Part shown: positions 1 to 10,887 of the stretch, piece by piece
Layout of the letters: each line of letters starts with the position of its first letter
Position numbering within the stretch: position 1 is the first letter of the stretch
Assembly (NCBI GenBank): GCA_963806855.1
Contig: CAWDYW010000003.1
Span: forward strand, 96,001 to 160,000
Origin: an uncultured Verrucomicrobiae bacterium
GTDB taxonomy: Bacteria; Chlamydiota; Chlamydiia; Chlamydiales; Rhabdochlamydiaceae
Direction: 5' to 3'
DNA length: 64,000 nucleotides
The notes under the pieces: model-generated
Database searches by the model: none
What the model saw: the letters and a program-made list of their open reading frames with translations, nothing else
Told to the model about the DNA's origin: nothing
Position numbers and translations under genes: made by a program

Positions 1-312
1 GCGCTCGACCGTGGGCGTATTACGCACAAACAGATCGAAGCATGCCGCGTGGCAATTACCCGCCATTTCCAACGTAAAGGAAAAGTTTGGATTCGGATCT
101 TCCCTGATAAGCCCGTTTCAAAGAAACCAGCCGAAGTGCGTATGGGTAAAGGGAAAGGAGCTGTAGACCATTGGGTAGCCGCTGTCCGACCCGGCAGAAT
201 TATGTTTGAAGTTGCTGGCGTGCAGCGTGAAGAGGCAAAAATCGCTCTAAAGCTTGCAGCTGCGAAGCTTCCAATCAAGACGCGATTTGTAGATAGAGTG
301 GAGCGAGTGTAA
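1..312 (+). CDS. rplP: 50S ribosomal protein L16 (5'-partial)
   Basis: [26 protein letters not shown] motif; frame open from the window start. Confidence 0.98.
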   Translation, partial: ALDRGRITHKQIEACRVAITRHFQRKGKVWIRIFPDKPVSKKPAEVRMGKGKGAVDHWVAAVRPGRIMFEVAGVQREEAKIALKLAAAKLPIKTRFVDRVERV

Positions 313-313
313 C

Positions 314-502
314 ATGAGTAAGAAGAAAGAATTTGAAAATCAGTCAGTTGAAGAGCTCAAAGCTACATACGTCGAGTTATCGAAAAAAATGTTTGAGATG
401 AGAAATGAGATCAGCACAACGCACAAGATTGAAAAAGCCCACCTATTGCGCAACGCAAAGAGAGATAGGGCCCGTGTGATGACCATACTCAATAGAAGAT
501 AG
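314..502 (+). CDS. rpmC: 50S ribosomal protein L29
   Basis: 62 aa, [11 protein letters not shown], position in the S10 operon. Confidence 0.95.
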   Translation: MSKKKEFENQSVEELKATYVELSKKMFEMRNEISTTHKIEKAHLLRNAKRDRARVMTILNRR

Positions 503-510
503 GAAAAGCT

Positions 511-765
511 ATGGAAGATAGAAAACCCAGTAAACGAAAAGTACGTGAAGGGATTGTAATCTCTAACAAGATGGCAAAAACCGTCACCGTTCGAGTCGAA
601 AGAAGGGAGAAACATCCTGAGTTCGAAAAAAGCGTCATTCGTGCAAAGAAATATTACGCACACAACGAAGATTTAGACATTTCAGTTGGAACGCGAGTCA
701 GAATTGTGGAGACAAAGCCCCTCTCTAAGCTTAAACGCTGGAGAGTAGTAGAAGTGGTAGGATAA
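511..765 (+). CDS. rpsQ: 30S ribosomal protein S17
   Basis: [14 protein letters not shown]...[11 protein letters not shown]. Confidence 0.98.
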   Translation: MEDRKPSKRKVREGIVISNKMAKTVTVRVERREKHPEFEKSVIRAKKYYAHNEDLDISVGTRVRIVETKPLSKLKRWRVVEVVG

Positions 766-777
766 TAGGTAGAGAAA

Positions 778-1146
778 ATGATTCAGCAAGAATCCGATTT
801 ACAAGTCGCAGACAATACAGGTGCCAAGCGGGTAAAATGCTTTAAGGTCCTCGGAGGATCAAAAAGACGATATGCCGGCGTGGGAGATACGATTGTTTGT
901 TCAGTGAAAGAGGCTGCGCCTAATGGCTCCGTAAAAAAGGGCGAGGTTGTGAAATGCGTCATCGTGCGTACAAAGCGATATATCAAACGGCCGGATGGTA
1001 CCTGGCTTAGATACTTCGACAACAGCTGTGTGATTATCGACGATAAGAATAATCCCAAAGGGACCCGTATTTTTGGCCCTATTGCTCGCGAAGTGAGAGA
1101 TAGAGGATTTGTCAAGATCGCCTCTTTAGCACCAGAAGTGATTTAG
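778..1146 (+). CDS. rplN: 50S ribosomal protein L14
   Basis: [17 protein letters not shown]...GTRIFGP...SLAPEVI. Confidence 0.99.
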   Translation: MIQQESDLQVADNTGAKRVKCFKVLGGSKRRYAGVGDTIVCSVKEAAPNGSVKKGEVVKCVIVRTKRYIKRPDGTWLRYFDNSCVIIDDKNNPKGTRIFGPIAREVRDRGFVKIASLAPEVI

Positions 1147-1156
1147 GAGAGAAGTA

Positions 1157-1492
1157 ATGAGTAATAAGTGGATACGCAAAGGCGATAAAGTCGTCGTCAT
1201 CGCAGGAAATGAAAAAGGAAGCATCGGAAATGTCCGAGCACGTGAAGGCGACCGTGTAATTATTGAAGGTTTGAACATTCGAAAAAAACACGTCAAGCCG
1301 AAGCAAAAAATGCAGCCAGGAATCGTTGAGATGGAAAGCCCCATCCACATTTCCAATATCAGCATTTGCGATGAAGAAGGGAAACCCGTAAAAATTAAGG
1401 CCAAAAGTTCCAAAGATGGATCAAAAAAATTGATCTATATGGAAGCAGGTAAAGAAGTCCTTTACCGTGACCTGAAAAAAAAGAAAGAATAA
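1157..1492 (+). CDS. rplX: 50S ribosomal protein L24
   Basis: KOW motif IRKGDKVVVIAG; ESPIHISN. Confidence 0.98.
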   Translation: MSNKWIRKGDKVVVIAGNEKGSIGNVRAREGDRVIIEGLNIRKKHVKPKQKMQPGIVEMESPIHISNISICDEEGKPVKIKAKSSKDGSKKLIYMEAGKEVLYRDLKKKKE

Positions 1493-1495
1493 CCC

Positions 1496-2038
1496 ATGTC
1501 TAGATTACAGAAAAAATATAAAGAAGAAATCACGAAGTCGCTGAAAGAGCGCTTCCAGTATTCAAACGCCATGCTGATCCCACAGATGAAAAAAGTGATC
1601 ATTAGCATGGGAATTGGCGAACCGGCGCGCGATAAAAACGCTCTACAGGATTGCATCAAGGAACTGACCATTCTATCGGGACAAAAACCGATATTGACAA
1701 TGGCTAAGAAATCGATTGCAAACTTTAAGCTGCGTGAGGACACCCCCGTCGGGTTGATCGTGACACTGCGTCGAAAAAGGATGTACGATTTTATTGATCG
1801 ATTCTGTAACATTGTATCCCCAAGGATTCGAGACTTCCGTGGATTCCCAACAAAAGGTGATGGGATGGGGAATTACTCAATGGGGATCGACGATCAGCAG
1901 ATCTTCCCAGAGATTAATTTGGACGAAGTGAAGCGGGCGCAGGGTATGAATATCACTTTTGTCACATCTGCAAAAACAGATGAAGAGTGTTTTGAACTTT
2001 TAAAGTCTTTAGGACTTCCATTTAAAGAGGGCAGGTAG
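1496..2038 (+). CDS. rplE: 50S ribosomal protein L5
   Basis: [24 protein letters not shown]. Confidence 0.99.
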   Translation: MSRLQKKYKEEITKSLKERFQYSNAMLIPQMKKVIISMGIGEPARDKNALQDCIKELTILSGQKPILTMAKKSIANFKLREDTPVGLIVTLRRKRMYDFIDRFCNIVSPRIRDFRGFPTKGDGMGNYSMGIDDQQIFPEINLDEVKRAQGMNITFVTSAKTDEECFELLKSLGLPFKEGR

Positions 2039-2041
2039 ACA

Positions 2042-2431
2042 ATGTTGCATGATCCAATTTCAGATTTTTTAACCCGAATTCGTAATGCGAAGAGTCAGCA
2101 ACACCGCTATGTTGATATCCCTCTTAGCAAGGAAAAGATTCGCATTGCAAAAGTAATGCATGAAAATGGTTTTATAGACAATCACATTGTAAATGAAGAA
2201 AAGAGAACTCTTAGAGTTTACCTGAAATATGGTTCAAACAGAAAATCTGTTCTCAATGGTCTACGACGGATTTCTAAACCAGGTCTTCGACGATATATTG
2301 GCCATCAAGAAATTCCGAAAATCTTGGGTGGAATGGGCATAGCCGTTCTCTCTACCAATAAAGGAATTCTCGAAGGAGAAAAAGCCCGCGAGCAGAAGCT
2401 CGGCGGAGAAATTTTATGTTATATTTGGTGA
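2042..2431 (+). CDS. rpsH: 30S ribosomal protein S8
   Basis: DPISDFLTRIRNA, ISKPGLRRY, GGEILC. Confidence 0.99.
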   Translation: MLHDPISDFLTRIRNAKSQQHRYVDIPLSKEKIRIAKVMHENGFIDNHIVNEEKRTLRVYLKYGSNRKSVLNGLRRISKPGLRRYIGHQEIPKILGGMGIAVLSTNKGILEGEKAREQKLGGEILCYIW

Positions 2432-2442
2432 GGTAATCGCAT

Positions 2443-2991
2443 ATGTCACGCTACGGAAGTACGCCCATCGAAGTCCCTAAAGGGGTCGATGTTAAAAGAA
2501 CTGGGAATAAGCTAAATGTTAAGGGGCCAAAAGGGCAACTCGACTTAGATTTGATCGAAGGATTAGAAATCAAAGAAGAGCCGGGGAAATTGCTCATTTC
2601 TCTCGACAGTAAAGCAGGTAATCAGAGTGCCATGCATGGACTCTATCGATCATTGATCAATAACATGGTTATTGGGGTATCAAAAGGCTTTGAGAAGAGA
2701 CTGACACTTGTTGGAGTTGGTTACCGAGCAGCTCTTGCTGGCGCGAAGCTCGATTTGCAACTGGGCTATTCACATCCAACTGCAGTGACTGTTCCAAAGT
2801 CGCTCCAAGTGACCATTGATAAGTCGACCACGATTATCATTCAAGGTATTGACAAACAGGCAGTTGGGCAGTTTGCAGCAACAGTCCGTGCCGTACGTCC
2901 TCCAGAACCATATAAAGGGAAAGGGGTTCGTTATGAGAATGAGTTTGTGCGCAAAAAAGCTGGAAAGGCAGCTAAAGGTAAAGCAGCATAA
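2443..2991 (+). CDS. rplF: 50S ribosomal protein L6
   Basis: VKGPKG, GVGYRA, RPPEPYKGKGVRY. Confidence 0.99.
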   Translation: MSRYGSTPIEVPKGVDVKRTGNKLNVKGPKGQLDLDLIEGLEIKEEPGKLLISLDSKAGNQSAMHGLYRSLINNMVIGVSKGFEKRLTLVGVGYRAALAGAKLDLQLGYSHPTAVTVPKSLQVTIDKSTTIIIQGIDKQAVGQFAATVRAVRPPEPYKGKGVRYENEFVRKKAGKAAKGKAA

Positions 2992-3353
2992 TGGAAAGCA
3001 GTATTAAACAACGCAATATTAGACGTAAAAGACGTTCGCTACGAGTCCGTAATAATGTGAGAGGGACACAAGCAAAACCTAGACTCACTGTGTTCCGCTC
3101 GAATAAGCACCTCCTTGCGCAAATCATTGATGATGAAAATCATGCGACCCTATTCGGTATTGGGACAATGAGCAAAGAGTTTGAAGGGGCAAAAAAGTCT
3201 AAAGAGATTGCAAGAGAAATTGGGAAGAGAGTTGCTGCCGAAGCTAAAAAGAAGAACATCGAAAGTGTAATCTTTGATCGCGGCCATTATAAGTACCACG
3301 GGATTATTGCTGAGCTTGCTAATGCAGCTCGCGAAGAAGGATTAAAGTTTTAA
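2991..3353 (+). CDS. rplR: 50S ribosomal protein L18
   Basis: PRLTVFRSNKH, FDRGHYKYHG, AREEGLKF. Confidence 0.99.
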   Translation: MESSIKQRNIRRKRRSLRVRNNVRGTQAKPRLTVFRSNKHLLAQIIDDENHATLFGIGTMSKEFEGAKKSKEIAREIGKRVAAEAKKKNIESVIFDRGHYKYHGIIAELANAAREEGLKF

Positions 3354-3362
3354 GGAAAAGAA

Positions 3363-3863
3363 ATGGCAGAAAAGAAACGTTATTTCCGCGCTGAAGATTT
3401 TGGCACAGAATTTGAAGAGAAAGTTGTCTACATTAACCGCTGCGCAAAAGTGGTCAAAGGGGGAAGAAAATTCAGCTTTTCCGCTCTTGTCCTCGTAGGG
3501 GATGGGGCAGGCCATGTGGGTCTTGGTTTTGCGAAGGCAAATGAAGTATCTGATGCGATCCGTAAAGGGACAGATGCCGCTCGTAAGCACGTCCTGGCAT
3601 TTGAAATGGAAGATTCAACAATTCCGCATGAAGTTTTCGTGGATTGGGATGGAGCGCGCATCATGCTGAAGCCAGCTCCTGAAGGAACTGGAATCGTCGC
3701 TGGATCAAAAGTACGTTCTATTCTCGAACTTGGCGGCGTGAAAAACGTAGTTGCGAAAAACTTGGGATCGAGTAATCCGTTAAACCAAGTGCGAGCAACA
3801 TTTAAAGCGTTAGAAAGTTTGAGAAACCGAAAAGAGAATTTGGAGATCAGAGGAATATCATGA
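3363..3863 (+). CDS. rpsE: 30S ribosomal protein S5
   Basis: INRCAKVVKGGRKFSFSALV. Confidence 0.99.
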   Translation: MAEKKRYFRAEDFGTEFEEKVVYINRCAKVVKGGRKFSFSALVLVGDGAGHVGLGFAKANEVSDAIRKGTDAARKHVLAFEMEDSTIPHEVFVDWDGARIMLKPAPEGTGIVAGSKVRSILELGGVKNVVAKNLGSSNPLNQVRATFKALESLRNRKENLEIRGIS

Positions 3864-4312
3864 TTAGTCTAAACAATCTTACAAATACACATCGCCCAAA
3901 AAAGAATATTCAACGGGTGGGACGTGGAGTTGGCTCTGGCCGAGGCAAGACCTGCACCCGCGGACATAAGGGTGACAAGTCACGTTCAGGATATAAGAGA
4001 CATGAAGGGCGAGAAGGGGGACAACTTCCACTTCACCGCAAACTCCCAACTCGAGGGTTTACAAGAGGACTTTTCTACAGAGCGTCGCTTGCCATCAACC
4101 TCAGCTTGATCGAAAGAATGTATGAGAACGGCGAAGTGGTCAATTTTGAATCGCTCCGCATGAAAGGAATTGCCCCTCGTGAATTACCGGGCGGAATTAA
4201 GATTCTTGGCACAGGCGAACTTAAAAAGAAAGTTACAATAGAAGCCAATCAATACTCTGAAGCTGCTCAAGCAAAATTAGAGAAAAGTGGAATAAAATTT
4301 ACAAAGGTCTAG
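3860..4312 (+). CDS. rplO: 50S ribosomal protein L15
   Basis: RVGRGVGSGRGKT, EGGQLPL. Confidence 0.99.
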   Translation: MISLNNLTNTHRPKKNIQRVGRGVGSGRGKTCTRGHKGDKSRSGYKRHEGREGGQLPLHRKLPTRGFTRGLFYRASLAINLSLIERMYENGEVVNFESLRMKGIAPRELPGGIKILGTGELKKKVTIEANQYSEAAQAKLEKSGIKFTKV

Positions 4313-5683
4313 ATGATTAGCGGGTTGATGCGCATTTTTTCTGTTCCCGAGTTGAAGAAAAAGATTTTCTTTACACTTTTGATGCTTCTCGTTTGCAGAG
4401 TTGGCGCTTATATTCCCGTTCCCAGCATTAATGGCGATCTAGCCGTAGAATTTTTCAAACAAGCAACTGGCGGCAGCCAAAACCTTTTCCAGTTGATGGA
4501 TGTCTTTTCTGGAGGGGCATTTGCGCAGATGACGATCATCGCACTTGGCGTCATGCCCTACATCTCGGCATCGATCATCATGCAATTGGTCACAGCCCTC
4601 GTCCCCTCTTTTCAAAGAGAAGTTAAGGAAAATCCTGAGACTGGAAGGAGAAAATTGGGCAAATGGACGCGGGTCCTCACAGTCCTTTTGGCCGCCTTCC
4701 AAGCGGGGATTTATGCCCGTTATGCCCTGCAACTCAATGCGAGCCATCCTGGAATCATCGTCCCCCAAATTCTCGATATAACGATGTTCAATTTTCCTTG
4801 GCTCTTTTTCCTCCTTGTCATTCTGACGATGTCTGCCGGCACGATGCTACTCATGTGGATAGGTGAGCAGATATCTGAGCGCGGGATAGGCAATGGAATC
4901 AGCTTAATCATCACCGTCGGAATCCTATCGTCGCTACCATCTACAATTGGGGCGATTGGTAGAAAGCTGAACCTAGACTCACAAGAGCCTGGACAACTTT
5001 CCTTTGCTACGCTTGTTGTATTGCTTGCCATATTTGTTTTCATCATCATCGGGACGATCTTGATCATACAAGGACAGCGAAAAATTCATTTACAATATGC
5101 CCGCCGCGTTGTCGGACGACATGAAGTACAGGGGGGAAGAGCCTATATCCCTCTCAAAGTCAATTATGCTGGTGTTATCCCCGTCATTTTTGCCTCTGCA
5201 TTCCTTATGTTCCCAGCGACAATCGCTCAGCTGGCTGGACCCGAGAGCTGGATAGGGGGTATGGCAAAGTGGCTCGCTCCAGGAAGTAGCTTATACTCAA
5301 TTTTTTATGTATTCTTGATTATCGGCTTTACCTACTTTTGGACCGCGACCCAGTTTCACCCTGAGCAAATCGCCTCTGACATGAAAAAGAACGGCGCCTT
5401 CATTCCTGGCATCCGCCAAGGTAGACCTACACAAGATTTCCTTGAAGCAACGATGAGCCGTATTACATTTGCTGGAGCCATTTTCCTCGCCATTATCGCC
5501 GTATTACCTTCGATTATTGGAAAATTGCTCAAAGTTGACCCAAGTATTAGTTATTTTTTTGGAGGAACATCCCTTTTGATTTTAGTGGGAGTGGTCCTCG
5601 ATACGACAAAACAAGTTGAATCTCACATGCTAATGAAGAGGTATGAGGGGTTCATGAAGAAGGGAAGGGCGCGGAGCCATTAA
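4313..5683 (+). CDS. secY: Preprotein translocase subunit SecY
   Basis: LGVMPYISASII, GIGNGISLII, FIPGIRQG; multi-TM. Confidence 0.99.
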   Translation: MISGLMRIFSVPELKKKIFFTLLMLLVCRVGAYIPVPSINGDLAVEFFKQATGGSQNLFQLMDVFSGGAFAQMTIIALGVMPYISASIIMQLVTALVPSFQREVKENPETGRRKLGKWTRVLTVLLAAFQAGIYARYALQLNASHPGIIVPQILDITMFNFPWLFFLLVILTMSAGTMLLMWIGEQISERGIGNGISLIITVGILSSLPSTIGAIGRKLNLDSQEPGQLSFATLVVLLAIFVFIIIGTILIIQGQRKIHLQYARRVVGRHEVQGGRAYIPLKVNYAGVIPVIFASAFLMFPATIAQLAGPESWIGGMAKWLAPGSSLYSIFYVFLIIGFTYFWTATQFHPEQIASDMKKNGAFIPGIRQGRPTQDFLEATMSRITFAGAIFLAIIAVLPSIIGKLLKVDPSISYFFGGTSLLILVGVVLDTTKQVESHMLMKRYEGFMKKGRARSH

Positions 5684-5758
5684 AAAAAATATTTCCCACT
5701 TGAATTTAAACAAATCTTGTGATAAATTTTACGCATTATAGAACAAAGGAACACCTAA

Positions 5759-6133
5759 ATGCCTCGAGTTATTGGAATAGATATTCCCGGTAAAAAGCGA
5801 CTGATCATCAGCTTAACCTACATCCACGGGATTGGGGATAAACGAGCTGCTGAAGTTTGCAATAAGCTCCATCTTAATCCGGATATGCGCGCTCAACAGC
5901 TGACAGAAGAAGATATCGGCCGGATAAATTCCTTACTGACATCAGAGTATGTAGTAGAAGGGGATTTAAGAAGGCAAGTTCAAAACAACATTAAACGATT
6001 AATCAGCATTCAAGCCTACCGCGGCATACGCCATAGATTAGGCCTTCCTGTTCGCGGTCAACGCACCAGTTCAAATGCACGGACCCGTAAAGGAAAGAAA
6101 AAAACGATAGCCGGCAAGAAAAAAGCTGCGTAA
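5759..6133 (+). CDS. rpsM: 30S ribosomal protein S13
   Basis: YRGIRHRLGLPVRGQRT. Confidence 0.99.
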   Translation: MPRVIGIDIPGKKRLIISLTYIHGIGDKRAAEVCNKLHLNPDMRAQQLTEEDIGRINSLLTSEYVVEGDLRRQVQNNIKRLISIQAYRGIRHRLGLPVRGQRTSSNARTRKGKKKTIAGKKKAA

Positions 6134-6150
6134 ACCTCAAGGAGTAACAA

Positions 6151-6591
6151 TTGGCTAAACAAGATACGCAAAAAAAAGGGACCTTTAAGAAAGGGGCGAC
6201 TGCAACGACTTCAGGGGCGAGACCACGTAAGAAATTGCAGAGAACCGTTCCAAGTGGGATCGCACACGTAAATGCCTCTTTTAACAATACGATTGTGAGC
6301 ATCACCGACCTCGTAGGCAATGTGATTTCTTGGGCATCCGCAGGAAAAGTCAATTTTTCAGGCTCAAGAAAATCCTCTGCATTTGCAGCTACAGTTGCTG
6401 CTCAAGATGCAGCGAAAGTGGCGATGTCAGCAGGAATGAAAGAAGTTGAAGTTAATCTGAAGGGACCAGGAGCTGGGCGAGAGTCAGCGGTGCGCGGATT
6501 ACAGAGCGCTGGGCTTATCATTACCCTTATTCGTGATAAGACCCCGGTTCCTCATAACGGCTGTCGTCCTCGAAAAAGACGCCGCGTATAA
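6151..6591 (+). CDS. rpsK: 30S ribosomal protein S11
   Basis: [30 protein letters not shown] start after AGGAG. Confidence 0.99.
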   Translation: MAKQDTQKKGTFKKGATATTSGARPRKKLQRTVPSGIAHVNASFNNTIVSITDLVGNVISWASAGKVNFSGSRKSSAFAATVAAQDAAKVAMSAGMKEVEVNLKGPGAGRESAVRGLQSAGLIITLIRDKTPVPHNGCRPRKRRRV

Positions 6592-6624
6592 CACAAGATT
6601 ACTAGATAATAGGAGAATATCATT

Positions 6625-7719
6625 ATGGCAGTGAGATATGGCAAATTTGAATTGCCCAAAAAAATTTCCCTTTCAGAGTCGTCAAAAGACGGGAAATTTG
6701 CACGATTCATAGCTGAGCCTTTTGAGCGAGGCTTTGGCCATACCATGGGCAATGCATTGCGAAGAATCATGCTAAGCTCATTGGAAGCTCCTGCAATCGT
6801 ATCAGTCAGAATCGAAGGGGTTCCTCACGAGTATATGGCGGTTGAGGGGATTATCGAAGATATGACTCATATCGTCCTTAACCTCAAAGGGGCACTTCTT
6901 CGCAAGCTTTTGACAAGCGACGATTCAAGTTCACGACGTCCTCGTTCGATGATCAGCACTTTGGAAATCACTGCTGATCAGCTCGATAAGCATCATGGTC
7001 AGTATCCAGTGACCCTCAAAGAATTCCTCGGGAAGACCGATTTTGAGATCATCAATCCAGAGCTAGTTATCTTCCACGTGACTCAGCCAATGACCAAGCG
7101 GGTTGAAGTCAAAGTTGCAATCGGCCGTGGCTATGTTCCATCTGAACGTCATGAGTTTGAGACAGCTGTCGACGAGATTGTCATCGACTCAATTTTCTCT
7201 CCGGTGCGACTCGTCAACTACTTTGTCGAAAATACCCGTGTCGGACAAGTGACCGATTTCGACAAATTGATTTTCGAAGTGACAACCGATGGAAGGGTGT
7301 CACCTGAAGAAGCGCTTGCCTTTGCTACGCAACTGGCTATCCACCATTTTGAAATCTTCAAGCTGATCAAAGACGAACAGCTGATTTTTGAATCGGGTGA
7401 AGAAGGCAGCGACACTGATAAAGATGCGCTGATGCAGAAACTTGCATTGAAAATCAATGAAATTGAGCTATCGGTTCGTTCAACAAATTGCCTTTCTGGC
7501 GCCGACATCGGCACGATTGCAGAGCTTGTGATTATGCCCGAATCAGAGATGCTTCGATTCCGCAATTTTGGAAAGAAATCTCTGAATGAAATCAAAGCAA
7601 AGCTTGAAGAGATGGGGCTATATTTGGGGATGGATTTGAGCAAATTAGGCATTACCCGGGAAAACGTAAAAGAAGTTATCAACCAATACCTTAGCGAAAA
7701 GGCAGGACAGGAAGTATGA
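6625..7719 (+). CDS. rpoA: DNA-directed RNA polymerase subunit alpha
   Basis: EPFERGFGHTMGNALRR; CTD ELSVRSTNCL, NFGKKSLNEI. Confidence 0.99.
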   Translation: MAVRYGKFELPKKISLSESSKDGKFARFIAEPFERGFGHTMGNALRRIMLSSLEAPAIVSVRIEGVPHEYMAVEGIIEDMTHIVLNLKGALLRKLLTSDDSSSRRPRSMISTLEITADQLDKHHGQYPVTLKEFLGKTDFEIINPELVIFHVTQPMTKRVEVKVAIGRGYVPSERHEFETAVDEIVIDSIFSPVRLVNYFVENTRVGQVTDFDKLIFEVTTDGRVSPEEALAFATQLAIHHFEIFKLIKDEQLIFESGEEGSDTDKDALMQKLALKINEIELSVRSTNCLSGADIGTIAELVIMPESEMLRFRNFGKKSLNEIKAKLEEMGLYLGMDLSKLGITRENVKEVINQYLSEKAGQEV

Positions 7720-8147
7720 GACACCGAAAAAGTACATTTAAGCTCGGCCGCAATACAGGTCATCGTCGCAGTCTAATGGCCAATATGGTCAAATCGTTGA
7801 TTGAGCATGAACGGATTGTCACTACAGACACCAAAGCTAAGCTCCTTCGCAGTTGCGCAGACCGGATGATCACCCTGGCAAAAAAGGGAACATTAGCCAG
7901 CCGCCGCCAAGCGATTGGTGAGATGATGATTCGTTACAATCCCCTCACCCCTAAAGAGGCTCGTGCGGCAAAAGAAGGAGATACCTCTGCTTACAATGGA
8001 GATCGAAAAGTCATTAATAAATTATTTAATGAGCTTGGTCCCCGTTTTGCTACCCGAGAAGGTGGTTATACAAGGTTGATCAGAACAGCAGCCCTTAAAA
8101 GAGGCGACAACAGTGCCAAATGCATCATCGAGTATTTGCCAGAGTAG
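7716..8147 (+). CDS. rplQ: 50S ribosomal protein L17
   Basis: MRHRK..KLGR, GGYTRLIR. Confidence 0.99.
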   Translation: MRHRKSTFKLGRNTGHRRSLMANMVKSLIEHERIVTTDTKAKLLRSCADRMITLAKKGTLASRRQAIGEMMIRYNPLTPKEARAAKEGDTSAYNGDRKVINKLFNELGPRFATREGGYTRLIRTAALKRGDNSAKCIIEYLPE

Positions 8148-8173
8148 ATACTTTCCAAGTATTTTGAATGCTG

Positions 8174-8201
8174 AAAGCCTCACAGAGATGTGGGGCTTTT
8201 T
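8174..8201 (+). terminator. Intrinsic terminator after rplQ
   Basis: aaagcctcaca-gaga-tgtggggcttt hairpin running into a T tract. Confidence 0.75.
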
Positions 8202-8206
8202 GTTAG

Positions 8207-9292
<1,086 letters not shown>

Positions 9293-9306
9293 ACCCGGAT
9301 TATTAC

Positions 9307-10113
9307 GTGAATTTTACTAGAGAACCTATCATAGAAACGGTCATCACCCCCAAAGAAGGCTATAAGCTTGTCGTCCGCAGCAGCAGAGGGGTAGGCCAAG
9401 AAGAGTATGCCGTTGATGCCATCGAAGTGGTATCATTCGGCCACTCCTTTTTTTATCGTTCATTAGAAAGACCCAAGTCCTTTCTTGTCCCCGTCTCTGA
9501 TTATGAGGTTGTAGAGGCAAAAGAGACCCGAGTCGTTTTAAAGAATGCGACCTTTGACCGCTCCATCAAAATTGGTGGTGGGCGAGAAGCCAGCGTCAAA
9601 GCGGTCAAAGAAAAACCAACGCCTGTCGTTGAAGAGCAAGAGCCAGCAGCCGTCGAGCAGCGCCTTGAGAAAAAACGAGAGCGCCGCCGCCATCGTCGCC
9701 GCCGCTCAGGTTCTGAAGATGAAAAAGTGGCCGAAGAGACAACAGAAGTCGTCGAAGAAGTGTCAGTCGATCAAGAAGCTCCACAAACGCCTCCACCGGT
9801 ACTCCGACGTCTGATTCCCCCTCCAACCCAACTCATCGCGGAGAAGATCTCCAAAGAGCGGGCTAAAGAGGGCTTAGAAGCCGATGTGATTCCGACTCCA
9901 GTTGAAGAAGAGGAAGACAAATCGAAGCGCTCTCGCAGAAAGCGATCTGAAGAGATCATATTGGATGAAGAAATTACTGAAGAGATCCCTCCCCAAGCAG
10001 AAGGAGGCGAGGTGCAAAGAACTGCTGCTGAAGTAGTCGAAACAGCTGCAAGCACTTCTTTTAGCACCCTTGAGGAGAAGGGGAAATTTTCATTTTTTGG
10101 AAAAATTTGGTAG
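9307..10113 (+). CDS. grgA: Chlamydial transcription factor GrgA (CT504 family)
   Basis: N-terminus FTREPIIETVITPKEGYKL...KSFLVPVSDYEV...IKIGGGRE and Arg-rich middle match chlamydial GrgA; syntenic downstream of gap. Confidence 0.85.
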   Translation: MNFTREPIIETVITPKEGYKLVVRSSRGVGQEEYAVDAIEVVSFGHSFFYRSLERPKSFLVPVSDYEVVEAKETRVVLKNATFDRSIKIGGGREASVKAVKEKPTPVVEEQEPAAVEQRLEKKRERRRHRRRRSGSEDEKVAEETTEVVEEVSVDQEAPQTPPPVLRRLIPPPTQLIAEKISKERAKEGLEADVIPTPVEEEEDKSKRSRRKRSEEIILDEEITEEIPPQAEGGEVQRTAAEVVETAASTSFSTLEEKGKFSFFGKIW

Positions 10114-10142
10114 AAGATAACCAGAATTCATAGTAAAATCAT

Positions 10143-10174
10143 CCTGTCCTTAGCATATAAGGACAGGTTTTTTT
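10143..10174 (+). terminator. Intrinsic terminator after grgA
   Basis: cctgtcctta-gcata-taaggacagg followed by a T run. Confidence 0.7.
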
Positions 10175-10176
10175 CT

Positions 10177-10259
10177 GCTTGGATGGTGGAATGGTAGACA
10201 CAAGAGACTTAAAATCTCTTGGGAGTAATCCCGTGCGGGTTCGAGTCCCGCTCCGAGCA
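10177..10259 (+). tRNA. tRNA-Leu(UAA)
   Basis: Acceptor GCTTGGA/TCCGAGC-A, anticodon arm AGAGA-CTTAAAA-TCTCT, long variable arm, GTTCGAGTC T-loop; no encoded CCA. Confidence 0.97.
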
Positions 10260-10316
10260 TAAACAATAAGGCCAAAAAAGCGTCAGCTTTTTTGGCCTTA
10301 TTGTTTATGCTCGGAG
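10251..10316. repeat. Perfect 31-bp inverted repeat overlapping the tRNA 3' end
   Basis: ctccgagcataaacaataaggccaaaaaagc-gtca-gcttttttggccttattgtttatgctcggag. Confidence 0.95.
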
Positions 10317-10708
10317 AGCAACACAAAAGTTTGTGTTGCGTCGGGACGAGAAGTCGGAGCCGTTGCTGAGCTTGCGAAGCCGGCGGAGACCGGCCCGGAG
10401 GACAGGAGACGAAGTCCCCGCCGGAGGGCGAGCCAGCGGAGAGGAATCCAAAAGTTTGGATTCCGTCGGGACGAGAAGTCGGAGATGTTGCTGAGCGTGC
10501 GAAGCCAGCGGAGACCGGCCCTGAGGACCGGAGACGAAGTCCCAGCCGAAGGGCGAGCCAGCGGAGAGGAATCCAAAAGTTTGGATTCCGTCGGGACGAG
10601 AAGTCGAAGCTGTTGCCGAGCGTGCGAGGCCAGCGGAGACCGGCCCTGAGGACCGGAGACGAAGTCCCAGTCGAAGGGCGAGCCAGCGGTAGAGGAATCC
10701 AAAAGTTT
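10312..10708. repeat. GC-rich 125-bp tandem repeat, 3 copies plus partial
   Basis: Anchor caaaagttt recurs at 10324, 10449, 10574 and 10700; the intervening sequence is near-identical. Confidence 0.95.
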
Positions 10709-10887
10709 ATGCTTCCTCGGTTAATCAAAGACTGGTTATATTCTGACCAGTTGCATATTTTGTGGCTCATAAGTAGACTCCGGTTTGTTTAGCGACTATC
10801 CAGCCAACTTATGTGCTCTCTAGAATTCAAAACATTTCTTTACTCTCTAAACCTCTTGCTCTCAGGGGCTAATTTTGCAACAACGCC
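10696..10887 (-). mobile_element. IS5-family (IS903 group) remnant: left end plus first ~25 transposase codons
   Basis: MSHKICNWSEYNQSLINRGSINFWI resembles the IS903-type N-terminus; terminal GGCGTTGTTGCAAAATTAG (10887-10869) resembles the IS903 IR. Confidence 0.8.

Noticed and set aside
2038..6625. Absence of rpsN, rpmD, adk, infA, rpmJ and rpsD from the operon
   Set aside because: Matches the usual chlamydial arrangement; useful for taxonomy, not novel
10515..10545. Hammerhead ribozyme suggested by CTGAGGA...CGAAG
   Set aside because: No stem II, GAAG instead of GAAA, and copy 1 lacks CUGA
10312..10708. CRISPR array
   Set aside because: Whole 125-bp units repeat with no unique spacers, and there are no cas genes in the window
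10150..10770. 206-aa and 134-aa minus-strand ORFs
   Set aside because: They read through the tandem repeat and antisense to the tRNA; only the first ~25 codons are real transposase remnant
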